The notes below the pieces were generated by a model, which had not been told where the DNA came from, ran no database searches, and worked only from the letters and a program-made list of their open reading frames with translations. This document shows positions 1 to 8,361 of a stretch of 64,000 nt of DNA, in pieces. Source of the stretch: an uncultured bacterium (lineage in GTDB: Bacteria; Actinomycetota; Actinomycetes; S36-B12); the NCBI GenBank assembly GCA_963736365.1, contig CAVTOM010000007.1, forward strand, positions 450,820 to 514,819. Direction: 5' to 3'. The translations under genes were made by a program, and so were the position numbers. Within the stretch, counting starts at the first letter, position 1. Each line of letters begins with the position of its first letter.

Positions 1-719
1 AGAGCCTGGGTGCCCTGACGATGCAGGACATCTGGCGCCACCGCACGGTGGAGGCGATGGACCGCGACTTCGTGCACTCGTCCATCTTCCTGGGGACTCC
101 CTCGGCCACGGAGTTCGCGAAGGGGTGGCGCATCCAGCCGGACAAGGTCGATCCCGAGGGCAAGGTCATCGAGGTCGACGACTTCGGCCAGTTCGTCGAT
201 CTGCCCCAGGAGCAGCGCGAGCGCGTCCGTCATGTGCTCATCAGCCACTACGACGACCCGATCCCCAAGTTCGGGACGAACATCCTGCTGCGCCGTCCCT
301 GGTGGCTCGGGCCGCCCGAGCAGCGCCCGCCGCGGGTGCCTCGCTCGACGACGTGGCGGCCCGGCGTGAGTTTCATCCTGACGGGGATCGACCTGGTCAA
401 CGCGATGGATGTCATCCCGGGCACGTTCGGGCGCCGCGGCCACGACTATCGCGAGGACATCGCACGCTTCGTCTCCGCGGCGTACGACCTGCCGGTCACA
501 GCGCAGCAGTTGCTCGACATCGAGCGCGCCCTGCGGGCCCGAGAGCTGGAATGGGCGCAGAAGCGCGTCGTCACCGAGCAGGTGGCTCGGGCGCGAGAGG
601 CCTTGATGCGCGAGTTCAAGACGTGGGGCGTCAGCAGCGGCAGTGACCTGCAGGCCGACGCCGTGCTGCGCCAGGTCTTCACGTCCGAGCCCGCCGCGAC
701 TGCGCCGAGCCCGAGCTAG
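1..719 (+). CDS. 3' part of a conserved actinobacterial alpha/beta-hydrolase-family protein (Abhydrolase_9/DUF2319-like); 5' end lies outside the window
   Basis: The frame is open from the window edge to the stop at 717-719. The translation (HYDDPIPKFGTNILLRRPWWLGPPEQRPP, GHDYREDIARFV) resembles the C-terminal domain of that family from memory. No catalytic motif is visible in this fragment. Confidence 0.4.
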   Translation, partial: SLGALTMQDIWRHRTVEAMDRDFVHSSIFLGTPSATEFAKGWRIQPDKVDPEGKVIEVDDFGQFVDLPQEQRERVRHVLISHYDDPIPKFGTNILLRRPWWLGPPEQRPPRVPRSTTWRPGVSFILTGIDLVNAMDVIPGTFGRRGHDYREDIARFVSAAYDLPVTAQQLLDIERALRARELEWAQKRVVTEQVARAREALMREFKTWGVSSGSDLQADAVLRQVFTSEPAATAPSPS

Positions 720-1321
720 ACGCTGGTGTCGCGCACGACGATCGTCTTCGACGTCTCGAGGATGCGCTCGACGTACGCCTCGGTCTCGGGGTAGGGCGGG
801 ACCCCGTCGTACTTCAGGACCGAGCCATAGCCGGCGTTGTAGGCGGCGAGCGTGTTGCGCAGCCGGTTGCCCGACGCGCTTCGCACCAGCTGGCGGTTCA
901 CGCAGTTGAGCTCTGCGGCCGAGTGGATCGCGTCCACGGGGTCCCAGATGCTCGCCTCGCCGTCGCCGTTGGCATCGATGCCGTACTGCTCCCACACGGC
1001 GGGCATGAACTGCGCGATGCCCTGGGCGCCGGCCGGCGAGACGGCGGTGCTGTCCCAGCCGCTCTCCGCGGCGATCTGCGCGGCCAGCACCTCGACGGGA
1101 ACCTGGTCGCACCGCTTGGCCGCCTTGGTCACGACGGTGCGGTACTCGGCGGGGACGACCGCGGGGCCGCCGAGCAGCCCGGAGTCCTGCACCCCGCGCA
1201 CCGCCAGCCACCCGCCGACCAGGGTGGAGGCGGCCAGGGACACGACGACGACCAGCGCCACGATCGCGCCGAACCGCGACCGGCGGGCACGTGGGCGCGC
1301 CGGCTCGCGGGGGGCGCTCAT
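716..1321 (-). CDS. membrane-anchored lytic transglycosylase (SLT domain)
   Basis: An internal ATG at 1321 gives MSAPREP..., followed by a TM helix (FGAIVALVVVVSLAASTLVGGW). SLT signature: AAQIAAESGWDSTAVSPAGAQGIAQFMPAVWEQYG. Confidence 0.8.
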   Translation of the reverse strand: MSAPREPARPRARRSRFGAIVALVVVVSLAASTLVGGWLAVRGVQDSGLLGGPAVVPAEYRTVVTKAAKRCDQVPVEVLAAQIAAESGWDSTAVSPAGAQGIAQFMPAVWEQYGIDANGDGEASIWDPVDAIHSAAELNCVNRQLVRSASGNRLRNTLAAYNAGYGSVLKYDGVPPYPETEAYVERILETSKTIVVRDTSV

Positions 1322-1386
1322 GCCTCCACGGTAACCCGGACGGCGCGGTGTTTGTCCAACCCCGGCGCCCCGCGTACCGTGGCGGC

Positions 1387-2580
1387 GTGACCATCGAGCC
1401 CGCGGGACCCCCGGGAGGAGTCCCACCGGCGGGCACCCCCGACCTCACCAAGGGCCAGGTCGAGGGCATGTTCGAGCAGCGGCTCGCCGAGGCGTTCAGC
1501 GCCCTGGGCTGCTTCAACCTCGCGGTGTTCGGCAAGACGGGGGTGGGCAAGTCCACGCTCGTGAACGCCGTCTTCGGCCGCGACGTCGCCGCGACGGGCG
1601 TCGGTTCCCCGGTCACCCGCGGGCTGGTCTACTACCGGCACCCTGACGGCTTCCTCGGCCTGTACGACTCGGAGGGATTCGAGACCGGCACGGCGGGCGA
1701 CGTGATCGTCGACGGCCTGCGCCGCCTGATCGCCGACCATCGCTCCCGTGCGGTCAGCGAGCAGATCCACGCGGTCTGGTACCTGGTGCGCTGGTCCGAC
1801 CGCCGGTTCGAGCGGGCGCAGGAGCAGTTCGTCCGCGAGCTGGCCGCCCTGGGGCTGCCGGTCATCCTGGTCATGACGCAGGTGCCCAGCCGCGATGGCG
1901 AGGTGCACCCCGAGGCTGCCGAGTTCGCCGACTACATCGCCTCCCTGGGCCTGCCGATCCGCCCGCACGGACGGGTGGTGCTGACCAACGCGCTGTCGGA
2001 TGCGTTCACGCAGAGCCCCGTCTTCGGCCTCCAGGACCTGCTGGACGACACCTACCTCGTCATCCCGGAAGTCGCCGAGGCCGCGCTGACGGCTGCCCAG
2101 ACGCTCGACATCGGGCGCAAGAAAAAAGCCGTCGCGGCGATCATCAACCAGGCCGTCGTGGTCGCCGCTGGCGTCGGGGCAACCCCGATCCCGTTCGCTG
2201 ACGCGGCCCTGCTCGTCCCCAACCAGGTCACCATGATCGCCCGGATCACCGCGGCCTACGGCCTGCCCCCCAACCGGTCCAAGGCGCTGGCCACGGCGGG
2301 CTCGGTCGTCCTCACCGGCGGCGCCACGATGGCCGGCCGGTACGCCGTCACGAGCCTGCTGAAGTTCGTGCCCGGCGGGGCCATCGCCGGCTCGGCGATC
2401 TCTGCCACGGTGGCCGGCGCACTCACGAAGGCGGTCGGCGTGGCCTGGTCGCAGGTGTGCGAGTACGCCCTGACCCTGGACGAGGCGGGGCGCGACCAGT
2501 TCCTCGGCAGTCCGCAGGTCACCCAGCGCTTCCTCGGCTACCTCAAGGACGCCCAGCGGGGCGGGCGCGGCAGGTCGTAG
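1387..2580 (+). CDS. GTP-binding protein with a C-terminal DUF697-type membrane-associated domain
   Basis: P-loop FGKTGVGKSTLVNAVFG, followed by LYDSEGFE and a Gly/Ala-rich hydrophobic C-terminal half. The start is uncertain: GTG 1387 was chosen, the ORF opens at 1291, and an ATG (MFEQRL) lies further in. Confidence 0.7.
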   Translation: MTIEPAGPPGGVPPAGTPDLTKGQVEGMFEQRLAEAFSALGCFNLAVFGKTGVGKSTLVNAVFGRDVAATGVGSPVTRGLVYYRHPDGFLGLYDSEGFETGTAGDVIVDGLRRLIADHRSRAVSEQIHAVWYLVRWSDRRFERAQEQFVRELAALGLPVILVMTQVPSRDGEVHPEAAEFADYIASLGLPIRPHGRVVLTNALSDAFTQSPVFGLQDLLDDTYLVIPEVAEAALTAAQTLDIGRKKKAVAAIINQAVVVAAGVGATPIPFADAALLVPNQVTMIARITAAYGLPPNRSKALATAGSVVLTGGATMAGRYAVTSLLKFVPGGAIAGSAISATVAGALTKAVGVAWSQVCEYALTLDEAGRDQFLGSPQVTQRFLGYLKDAQRGGRGRS

Positions 2581-2651
2581 CCGGTCGCCCGACCGTTCAC
2601 ACGGTGACCGGCGCGCGTGGGTGTTAGCGTCCGGGGGACAAAGGAGGACAG

Positions 2652-3147
2652 ATGAAGAAGGCACTGCTGATCGTCGCCGCTGCCGCGGGAGCAGCCGCAG
2701 GCGTGATCGCCTGGCGGATGAGGGGGGCGACCAACGGGGTGTCGTCGACGGCGGACATCTGGGCCGACTCCGTCTCCACAGCGGCGGACACGGCGGCCGG
2801 CAAGGTCGCCGTCGCGGCCACGGCCGTCTCGGGGGCCGCCGACACGGCCGCTCAGAAGGTCGCGGACGCCGCCGCGACGATCGGCGTCTCCGCCTCCAGC
2901 GTGGCCGACAAGACCAGCCGGAAGGCCGAGGAGCTCGCCCAGGCCACGGGCAGACCGCCCATGAGGTGGCCGGCGCGGTGTCCGAGGCGGCCGAGGCCGC
3001 GGCGAGCGATGCGGCCGAGGCCGTGGAGGCCGCGCCCGCGGACACCACCGACGAGCCGCCGCCGACGAGCCGGCCGCCGACGAGGCGCCGGCCCGGAAGC
3101 CGGCCGCCCGCAAGCGCGCCAAGCCCGCGGCCGAGCCGGAGGCCTGA
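2652..3147 (+). CDS. small Ala-rich N-terminally anchored protein, reading frame broken twice as assembled
   Basis: A strong RBS (aaggagg) precedes ATG 2652, which gives MKKALLIVAAAAGAAAGVIAW. A sensible sequence continues only by shifting -1 near 2950 (..AQATG/QTAHEVAGAVSEAAEAAASDAAE..) and again near 3055 (..ADEPAADEAPARKPAARKRAKPAAEPEA, stop 3145-3147). Confidence 0.45.
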
Positions 3148-3235
3148 CCCCCGGGTTCGCTCTCGGCGAACGGCGGAAGCACGAGCGCGTGCGCGCGGGT
3201 TGGTGCCCATGACGACGTCCCGGTGGAGGTGAGGC

Positions 3236-4172
3236 ATGCGATCGCCCGATGAGCTCGTGACGGTGCACCGTGAGGTGCACTTCGACGAACGGCCGGTGCT
3301 GCTGTATGCCTTCTCCGGGTTCGTGGATGCGGGGTCCGGCGTTCGCCTGGCGGCCGACCATCTGCTCGCCTCCTGCGCCCACACCCTGGTCGCATCGTTC
3401 GACGCCGACGAGCTGCTGGACTACCGCGCCCGTCGCCCGCGCATGTCCTATGTCGTCGACCACTTCGCCTCGGTGGAGGTGCAGCAGATCGTGCTGCACG
3501 AGCTCGTCGACGCGGTGGGGCAGCGCTTCCTCCTCCTCACCGGTCCGGAACCCGACTACCAATGGCTGCGCTTCATGGCGGCGGTCGACGGCCTGGTCGA
3601 CCGGTACGACGTCCGGCTGGCGGTCGGCCTCTCGGCCATCCCGTGGCCCATCCCGCACACCCGCCCGCTGGGGATCACCGTGCACGGCAGCGAGCCGGAG
3701 CTGGTCGCCGGTCACGTGTCCGCGCTGGGCGAGATCGAGGTGCCCGGTCACGTCGGGGCGATGCTCGAGCTCCATCTCGGGCAGCGGGGCGTGCCGTCGA
3801 TGGGCGTCACCGCCCAGGTGCCGCACTACCTCGTCCAGTTCGAGTTCCCGCGTGCGGCGACCACGCTGCTGGCGGGGGTCGTCCAGGCGACCGGGCTCGC
3901 GCTTCCCGGTGGCCGACCTCGAGCCCGCGGCGCGGCGGGCGGATGCCGAGGTGGCGCAGCAGCTCGAGGGCAACGACGAGTTCGCCACCGTCGTGGCCGC
4001 CCTCGAGCAGCAGTACGACCAGATGGCCGCCCTGACTGCCGGTGCCGCCGGCGGGCTGGCCGACCACGCCGACTCGGGCATGCCGTCCGGAGACGAGATC
4101 GCGGCCCAGGTCGAGCAGTTCCTGTCGAGCCTGGGCGACCCAGACGACCCCGACAAGCAGTCCAAGGGCTGA
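3236..4172 (+). CDS. PAC2 (proteasome assembly chaperone-like) family protein, one +1 frame break near 3908
   Basis: The N-terminal 220 aa (PVLLYAFSGFVDAGSGVRLAADHL..GPEPDYQW..) are in the frame of ORF 3236. The C-terminus (VADLEPAARRADAEVAQQLEGNDEF..DPDKQSKG) is in the frame of ORF 3270. Confidence 0.6.
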
Positions 4173-4366
4173 TCCTCGCGGTTCCCTCTCGGCGCCGATC
4201 GGCCCTCCGTCCTCGCGGGGCCTGCCGGCCGAGAGGTTCGAGCGCCGGTTGTGAGAGATCGGGCACGCGGGCGTGAGGCGGACGTGAGTACCGCTCGGGA
4301 TAGTCACTCCTACGAAAGGCCGACGGCCCCGCGCAGGCGGACCAGCCGCGATGACTAGGAGACTCG

Positions 4367-5424
4367 ATGACCCGCACCACCGCCCGCTCGCTGGCCCTCA
4401 AGGGCTCGGTCGTCTGCGGAGCGCTCGGACTGTCCCTCATGACCGCCATCGCACTCAGCCCGGCGGCTGCCGCCCACAACGGGGGCTCGCAGTCCGCTGA
4501 CTGCAGCGTCGAGCACGGGTCGGCCAAGGACAAGCGCGATCGTGCGCACGAGAAGCGGGCCGAGGCCGACCGGGCGACGAAGGCCGCGGACGACGCGGAG
4601 CGTGCCGCCGAGAAGGCGGAGCACGACGCCGACGCCGCGGAGCACGACGCGGACGACGCCGAGCGCGACGCCCACGATCATGCGAGCGACGAGGGCCGCC
4701 GGCACCGCGCTGATGACGCGCGGTCCCATGCTCGTGACCGTCGCGACCACGCGAAGCACGAGCGCTCGGACGCCGGGCACCGACGTGACGAGGCGAACAC
4801 CAAGGAGCGCGAGGCCCGTGACTGCGAGCACGAGGCCGAGGTCGCCGAGCAGCAGGCGCAGGAGTGCGTGACGGATCCGGTTGACCCGACGGATCCGGTG
4901 GACCCGGTCGACCCGGTCGATCCGACGGATCCGGTGGACCCGACGGACCCGGTCGATCCGACGGATCCGGTCGACGCCGACGGACCCGGTCGACCCGACG
5001 GACCCGGTCGACCCGACGGACCCGGTCGACCCGACGGACCCGGTCGACCCGACGGACCCGGTCGATCCGACCGATCCGGTGGACCCGACGGACGCTGGCA
5101 GCGAGTCCGGCGGCACCGAGCGCGGCCTCGTGGCCGCCGCCCAGGCCGCCCTCCCCGCGACCGCCCCCGCGGTACAGGTGGTCGCTCCGGCCGCCGCCAC
5201 CATCCCGGGTGGCGGTCACCAAGCCGGCCGCCGCCCAGGCGCCCAGCGCGGCGCAGGTCGCCGGGATTCCCGCGGCAGCCACGGTTCCCTCGTCGGTCCC
5301 TGCCGGTGGCGGCTCGTCCGCTCCCGGCCAGGACTTCCCGGTCTGGGGCGCCGCGATGATCGTCGCGGCTGCGCTGGTGGCCGCCGGGGCGGGCATGCAC
5401 GTCTTCACCACGAACAACCGCTAG
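4367..5424 (+). CDS. secreted/cell-surface repeat protein: signal peptide, His/Asp/Glu/Arg-rich charged region, (PTDPVD)n stalk and C-terminal TM anchor; two +1 frame breaks (about 4976 and about 5207)
   Basis: Signal peptide: MTRTTARSLALKGSVVCGALGLSLMTAIALSPAAAAH. Charged segment: AEKAEHDADAAEHDADDAERDAHDH. About 17 hexapeptide repeats follow. The tail is FPVWGAAMIVAAALVAAGAGMHVFTTNNR, ending at the stop at 5422-5424. The protein is pieced together from ORFs 4367, 4881 and 5209. Confidence 0.6.
4871..5092 (+). repeat. 18-bp coding tandem repeat (about 12 units) encoding PTDPVD
   Basis: Units such as ccgacggacccggtcgac recur. Four consecutive units are identical between about 4981 and 5050. 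Confidence 0.9.
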
Positions 5425-5440
5425 TCGCTCCACCGACGCG

Positions 5441-5621
5441 GTCCCCGACCGGGCGACCCCGTCACGCAGCTCCCGAGGCTGCACTCGGTTCCTAGTCCGG
5501 GTGCACCCCCAACCGGAGGTCGCGCCTGGTTCCTAGTGCCGGGCGCGGCACCACAGGAGGCTGCAGCCGGTTCCTAGTGCCGGCTGCAGTCCCCGACGGA
5601 GCCGCCGTGACGGGGTCGCCC
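5441..5621 (+). repeat. structured intergenic element: three 41-nt-period hairpins with a conserved GGTTCCTAGT(G)CCGG core, closed by a 16-bp inverted repeat
   Basis: - Hairpin 1: 5480-5488/5497-5505.
- Hairpin 2: 5521-5529/5539-5547.
- Hairpin 3: 5561-5570/5580-5589.
- Closing helix: gggcgaccccgtcacg at 5451-5466 is the exact reverse complement of 5606-5621.
- The T-G wobbles in hairpins 1 and 2 are tolerated only in a plus-strand RNA. Confidence 0.75.
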
Positions 5622-5660
5622 TCTTTCTCCGGGCGGGCGGCGCTCGGGCGGGCGGTCGGG

Positions 5661-7234
5661 GTCAGCGGCAGGTGGTGCCCGGCGGCGGGCGGGGTGCCGG
5701 TCAGCAGATAGCCGGTGACCGCGTCGTCGATGCAGTCCGAGCCGGCGCCGAAGGCGGTGTGGCCGTCACCGACGTAGGTGAGCAGCGTCGAGGTCGCCAA
5801 TTGGCGGTGCAGCGCCTGCGCCCACGGGTACGGCGTGGCCGGGTCGTAGGTCGTCCCGACGACGAGGATCGGCGCCGTGGTCGTGGACGACGCAGGCGCC
5901 GGCTGCCGGGCCGCGTGCCCGTACCACTGCGAGCAGGGGGCGTTGCCCCAGGCCAGGGCGCGGGCCATGTCCGGAACGGGGGCGCCCCGGGACCAGGCGC
6001 GTGCGGCCGCGCGCAGGCCGCTCGCCCCGGGTGCGGCGGGGGTGTCCCAGCAGGAGATGGCGGGGAAGGCCGAGGCCATGTTGGTGGCGTAGGAGGTGGG
6101 GCCCGTCCGCTCGTTCGCATAGTCCGCGATGAGCTGGAGGCCGAGACCGTTGCCGGCCTTCGCCTGCTTCAGCGCCTGCCGAAGCGGCGACCACAGGACG
6201 GGGGAGTACATCGCGTAGAACAGGGCGCTCAGGGCCTCGGCCTGGACCAGGTCCCCGTCCTCGCCGGCCGGCAGCGGATCTGAGTCGACCTGGGCGAGGA
6301 TCCGGTTGACTCCCGCCAGGACGGCCTTCGTGCCCCCGGCGAACGGGCACGTCGAGCGGGTGCTGCAGTCCGCCGCGAACCGCGTCATCGCGACCTGGAA
6401 GCCCCGGGACTGCCCTCGGGAGACCTCCATGATGTCCAGGCTCGGGTCCAACGCGCCGTCGAGCACGAAGCGGCCGACGGTCTCCGGGAACGTCTCGGCG
6501 TACAGGGTCCCGACGTACGTCCCGTACGAGTACCCGAGCCAGTTGAGGCGCACCTCGCCGAGTGCGGCCCGCAGGATGTCGAGGTCGCGGACGGTGTCCT
6601 CGGTTCCCACATGCCGCGCGATCTGCGGGGACATGGACAGGCAGCCACGGGCGAGACGGGCGCCCAGCGACATGAGCCGGGCCTGCTCGGCGCGGGTGTC
6701 GGGTGCGCCGTCGGCGCGAAGCCAGCGCGTGGTCTGGGCTCCGGTCATGCAGGTGATGGGGGCGGACCGACCGACGCCGCGGGTGTCGAATCCGACGATG
6801 TCGAACTCGCGGGCCACCTCGGGGGCGATGGCCCCGGCGACGTACGAGGGCATGTCGAGCCCGGACGCGCCCGGGCCTCCGGGGTTGACCACAACGGCGC
6901 CCTGGCGGGCGGCCGGGTCCGAGGCGGCCACCCGCGAGACCCGGATGCGGATCGTGGCGCCGTCCGGCTGCGAGTAGTCCCGCGGCACGGTGAGCCACGA
7001 GCAGGTCATGTCGTCGCCGCACGGGGCCCAGGCCAGGGTCTGGGCGTAGAAGGCGCTCAGGGCCGGGGGAACGTCCGCCGCAGGCAGGCTCGGCGCTACG
7101 GCCCCCGCCGGACCCGTGCCCAGCAGGGGCAGGGCCAGTGTCGCCGCGGCCGTCAGGGCCGTGAGGCGGATCACGCGTCGGCGGGCGTTGCGGGACCTGG
7201 CGGGCGTCGGATGCACGCCATCACCGTACGTCAC
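5661..7234 (-). CDS. secreted alpha/beta-hydrolase, tripeptidyl aminopeptidase (SlpD/SlpE-like) family; +1 frame break near 5679
   Basis: Signal-like segment: RRVIRLTALTAAATLALPLLG. Motifs: GGPGASG and the nucleophile elbow GYSYGT, then VLDGALDP. Removing one base near 5679 gives the family-typical end ..PPAAGTTCR with a stop at 5661-5663. As assembled, the ORF instead runs on to 5492. The start is GTG 7234 (alternative ATG 7291). Confidence 0.7.
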
Positions 7235-7338
7235 CCGAACACCGCCGACGGGCAGGCAGTCACACCGTTGCACGGCCCGCGGACGTCGCATGGCAGGCTT
7301 GTCGCACCGTCCCCCGCTCGGGGGGCCGAGAGGATTCC

Positions 7339-8361
7339 ATGACGGGCAACGCGACATTTCGCTACACGGACACCGCGATCTTGTCGGTGACGGCCGTGGA
7401 CGCGCCCATCGTGGTGTCGTCCGCCGAGTTCGATGAGCAGCTCGCCGGCACCTACGAGCGGGTCGGGCTGCGCCCGGGCATGCTCGAGGCGCTGGCCGGA
7501 ATCTCGGAGCGTCGGTGGTGGCCCGAGGACGTCACCTTCGCGGACGCCGCGTCCATGGCCGGTGCCAAGGCGATCGCCGAGGCCGGGATCGATCCGTCCA
7601 GCATCGGGCTGGTCATCGACACCTCGGTGTGCCGCGACCACCTCGAGCCCTCCGCATCGGTCGACGTGCACGAGCAGCTCGGACTGTCGACGGCCTGCCT
7701 CAACTTCGATCTGGCGAACGCCTGCCTCGGCTTCATGAACGGCATGCAGCTCGCCGCGATGATGATCGACTCCGGGCAGATCGACTACGCGCTGGTCGTC
7801 GACGGCGAGGGCAGCCGCCGCCCCCAGCAGGCGACGATCGCGCGACTGCAGCAGCCCGAGGCGACCAAGGACGACGTCCTGGACAACTTCGCGACGCTGA
7901 CGCTCGGCTCGGGTTCCGCCGCCATGGTGCTCGGGCGGGCCAGCGACCACCCGTCCGGCCATCGGTTCGTGGGCGGCGTCAGCCGCGCCGCGACGCAGCA
8001 CAACCGGCTCTGCGTCGGTGACCTCGACCGCATGACCACCGACTCGCGGGCCCTGCTCGAGGCGGGGGTGGTGCTGGCGATCGACACGTGGACCGAGGCG
8101 GCCGAGCACTTCGACTGGTCCGACCTCGACGCCTACGTCATCCACCAGGTGTCCAAGGTCCACACGGCCGCCATCACGAGCTCGCTGGCGATCGACCCCG
8201 AGCGCACCCCGGTGATCTTCCCGACGCGCGGCAACATCGGCCCCGCCTCGGTGCCGTTCACCCTCGCCCTGAACGCAGCGGGCTTCGAGGCCGGCCAGCG
8301 GATCGCATGCATGGGCATCGGCTCCGGACTCAACTCCGCGGTCATCGAAATCGCGTGGTGA
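7339..8361 (+). CDS. oleA: OleA, thiolase-superfamily (FabH-like) head-to-head Claisen condensing enzyme
   Basis: KAS-III fold with the active-site Cys context FDLANACLGFMNG. It is followed directly, with overlaps, by oleBC and oleD. Confidence 0.8.
   Translation: MTGNATFRYTDTAILSVTAVDAPIVVSSAEFDEQLAGTYERVGLRPGMLEALAGISERRWWPEDVTFADAASMAGAKAIAEAGIDPSSIGLVIDTSVCRDHLEPSASVDVHEQLGLSTACLNFDLANACLGFMNGMQLAAMMIDSGQIDYALVVDGEGSRRPQQATIARLQQPEATKDDVLDNFATLTLGSGSAAMVLGRASDHPSGHRFVGGVSRAATQHNRLCVGDLDRMTTDSRALLEAGVVLAIDTWTEAAEHFDWSDLDAYVIHQVSKVHTAAITSSLAIDPERTPVIFPTRGNIGPASVPFTLALNAAGFEAGQRIACMGIGSGLNSAVIEIAW

Noticed and set aside
1318-3384. Very long ORFs lie antisense to or out of frame with the annotated genes. 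Examples: 1318..3384(-), 8841..10865(-), 10615..12330(-), 14259..15755(-), 31401..33695(-), 37482..39308(-), 40794..42182(-), 43056..45440(-), 47284..48693(+), 52537..54807(+), 52652..54226(-).
   Set aside because: Their translations are Arg/Pro/Gly/Ala-dominated low-complexity sequence with no recognisable motifs. Each one overlaps a gene with clear family signatures. Long stop-free shadow frames are expected at this GC content.
4871-5092. The tandem arrays at 4871-5092, 5480-5590 and 27331-27497 were considered as possible CRISPR arrays.
   Set aside because: The first and third arrays are 18-bp in-frame coding repeats with no spacers. The second has a conserved core of only 15 nt, just three units, and hairpin stems built from the would-be spacers. 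No cas genes are present.
4355-5417. The minus-strand ORFs encoding GSTGSV repeats (4355..5203, 4455..5417, 4678..5484) were considered as a separate repeat-protein gene.
   Set aside because: They are the reverse-complement reading of the PTDPVD repeat. The plus-strand gene has a signal peptide, an RBS-compatible start and a C-terminal anchor. The minus-strand reading has none of these.
5492-5660. The C-terminal 56-aa extension of the peptidase ORF running through the hairpin array was considered as real coding sequence.
   Set aside because: Removing one base near 5679 gives the family-typical ending ..GTTCR and a stop at 5661. The extension is low-complexity and ends only at the CTAG of hairpin 1.
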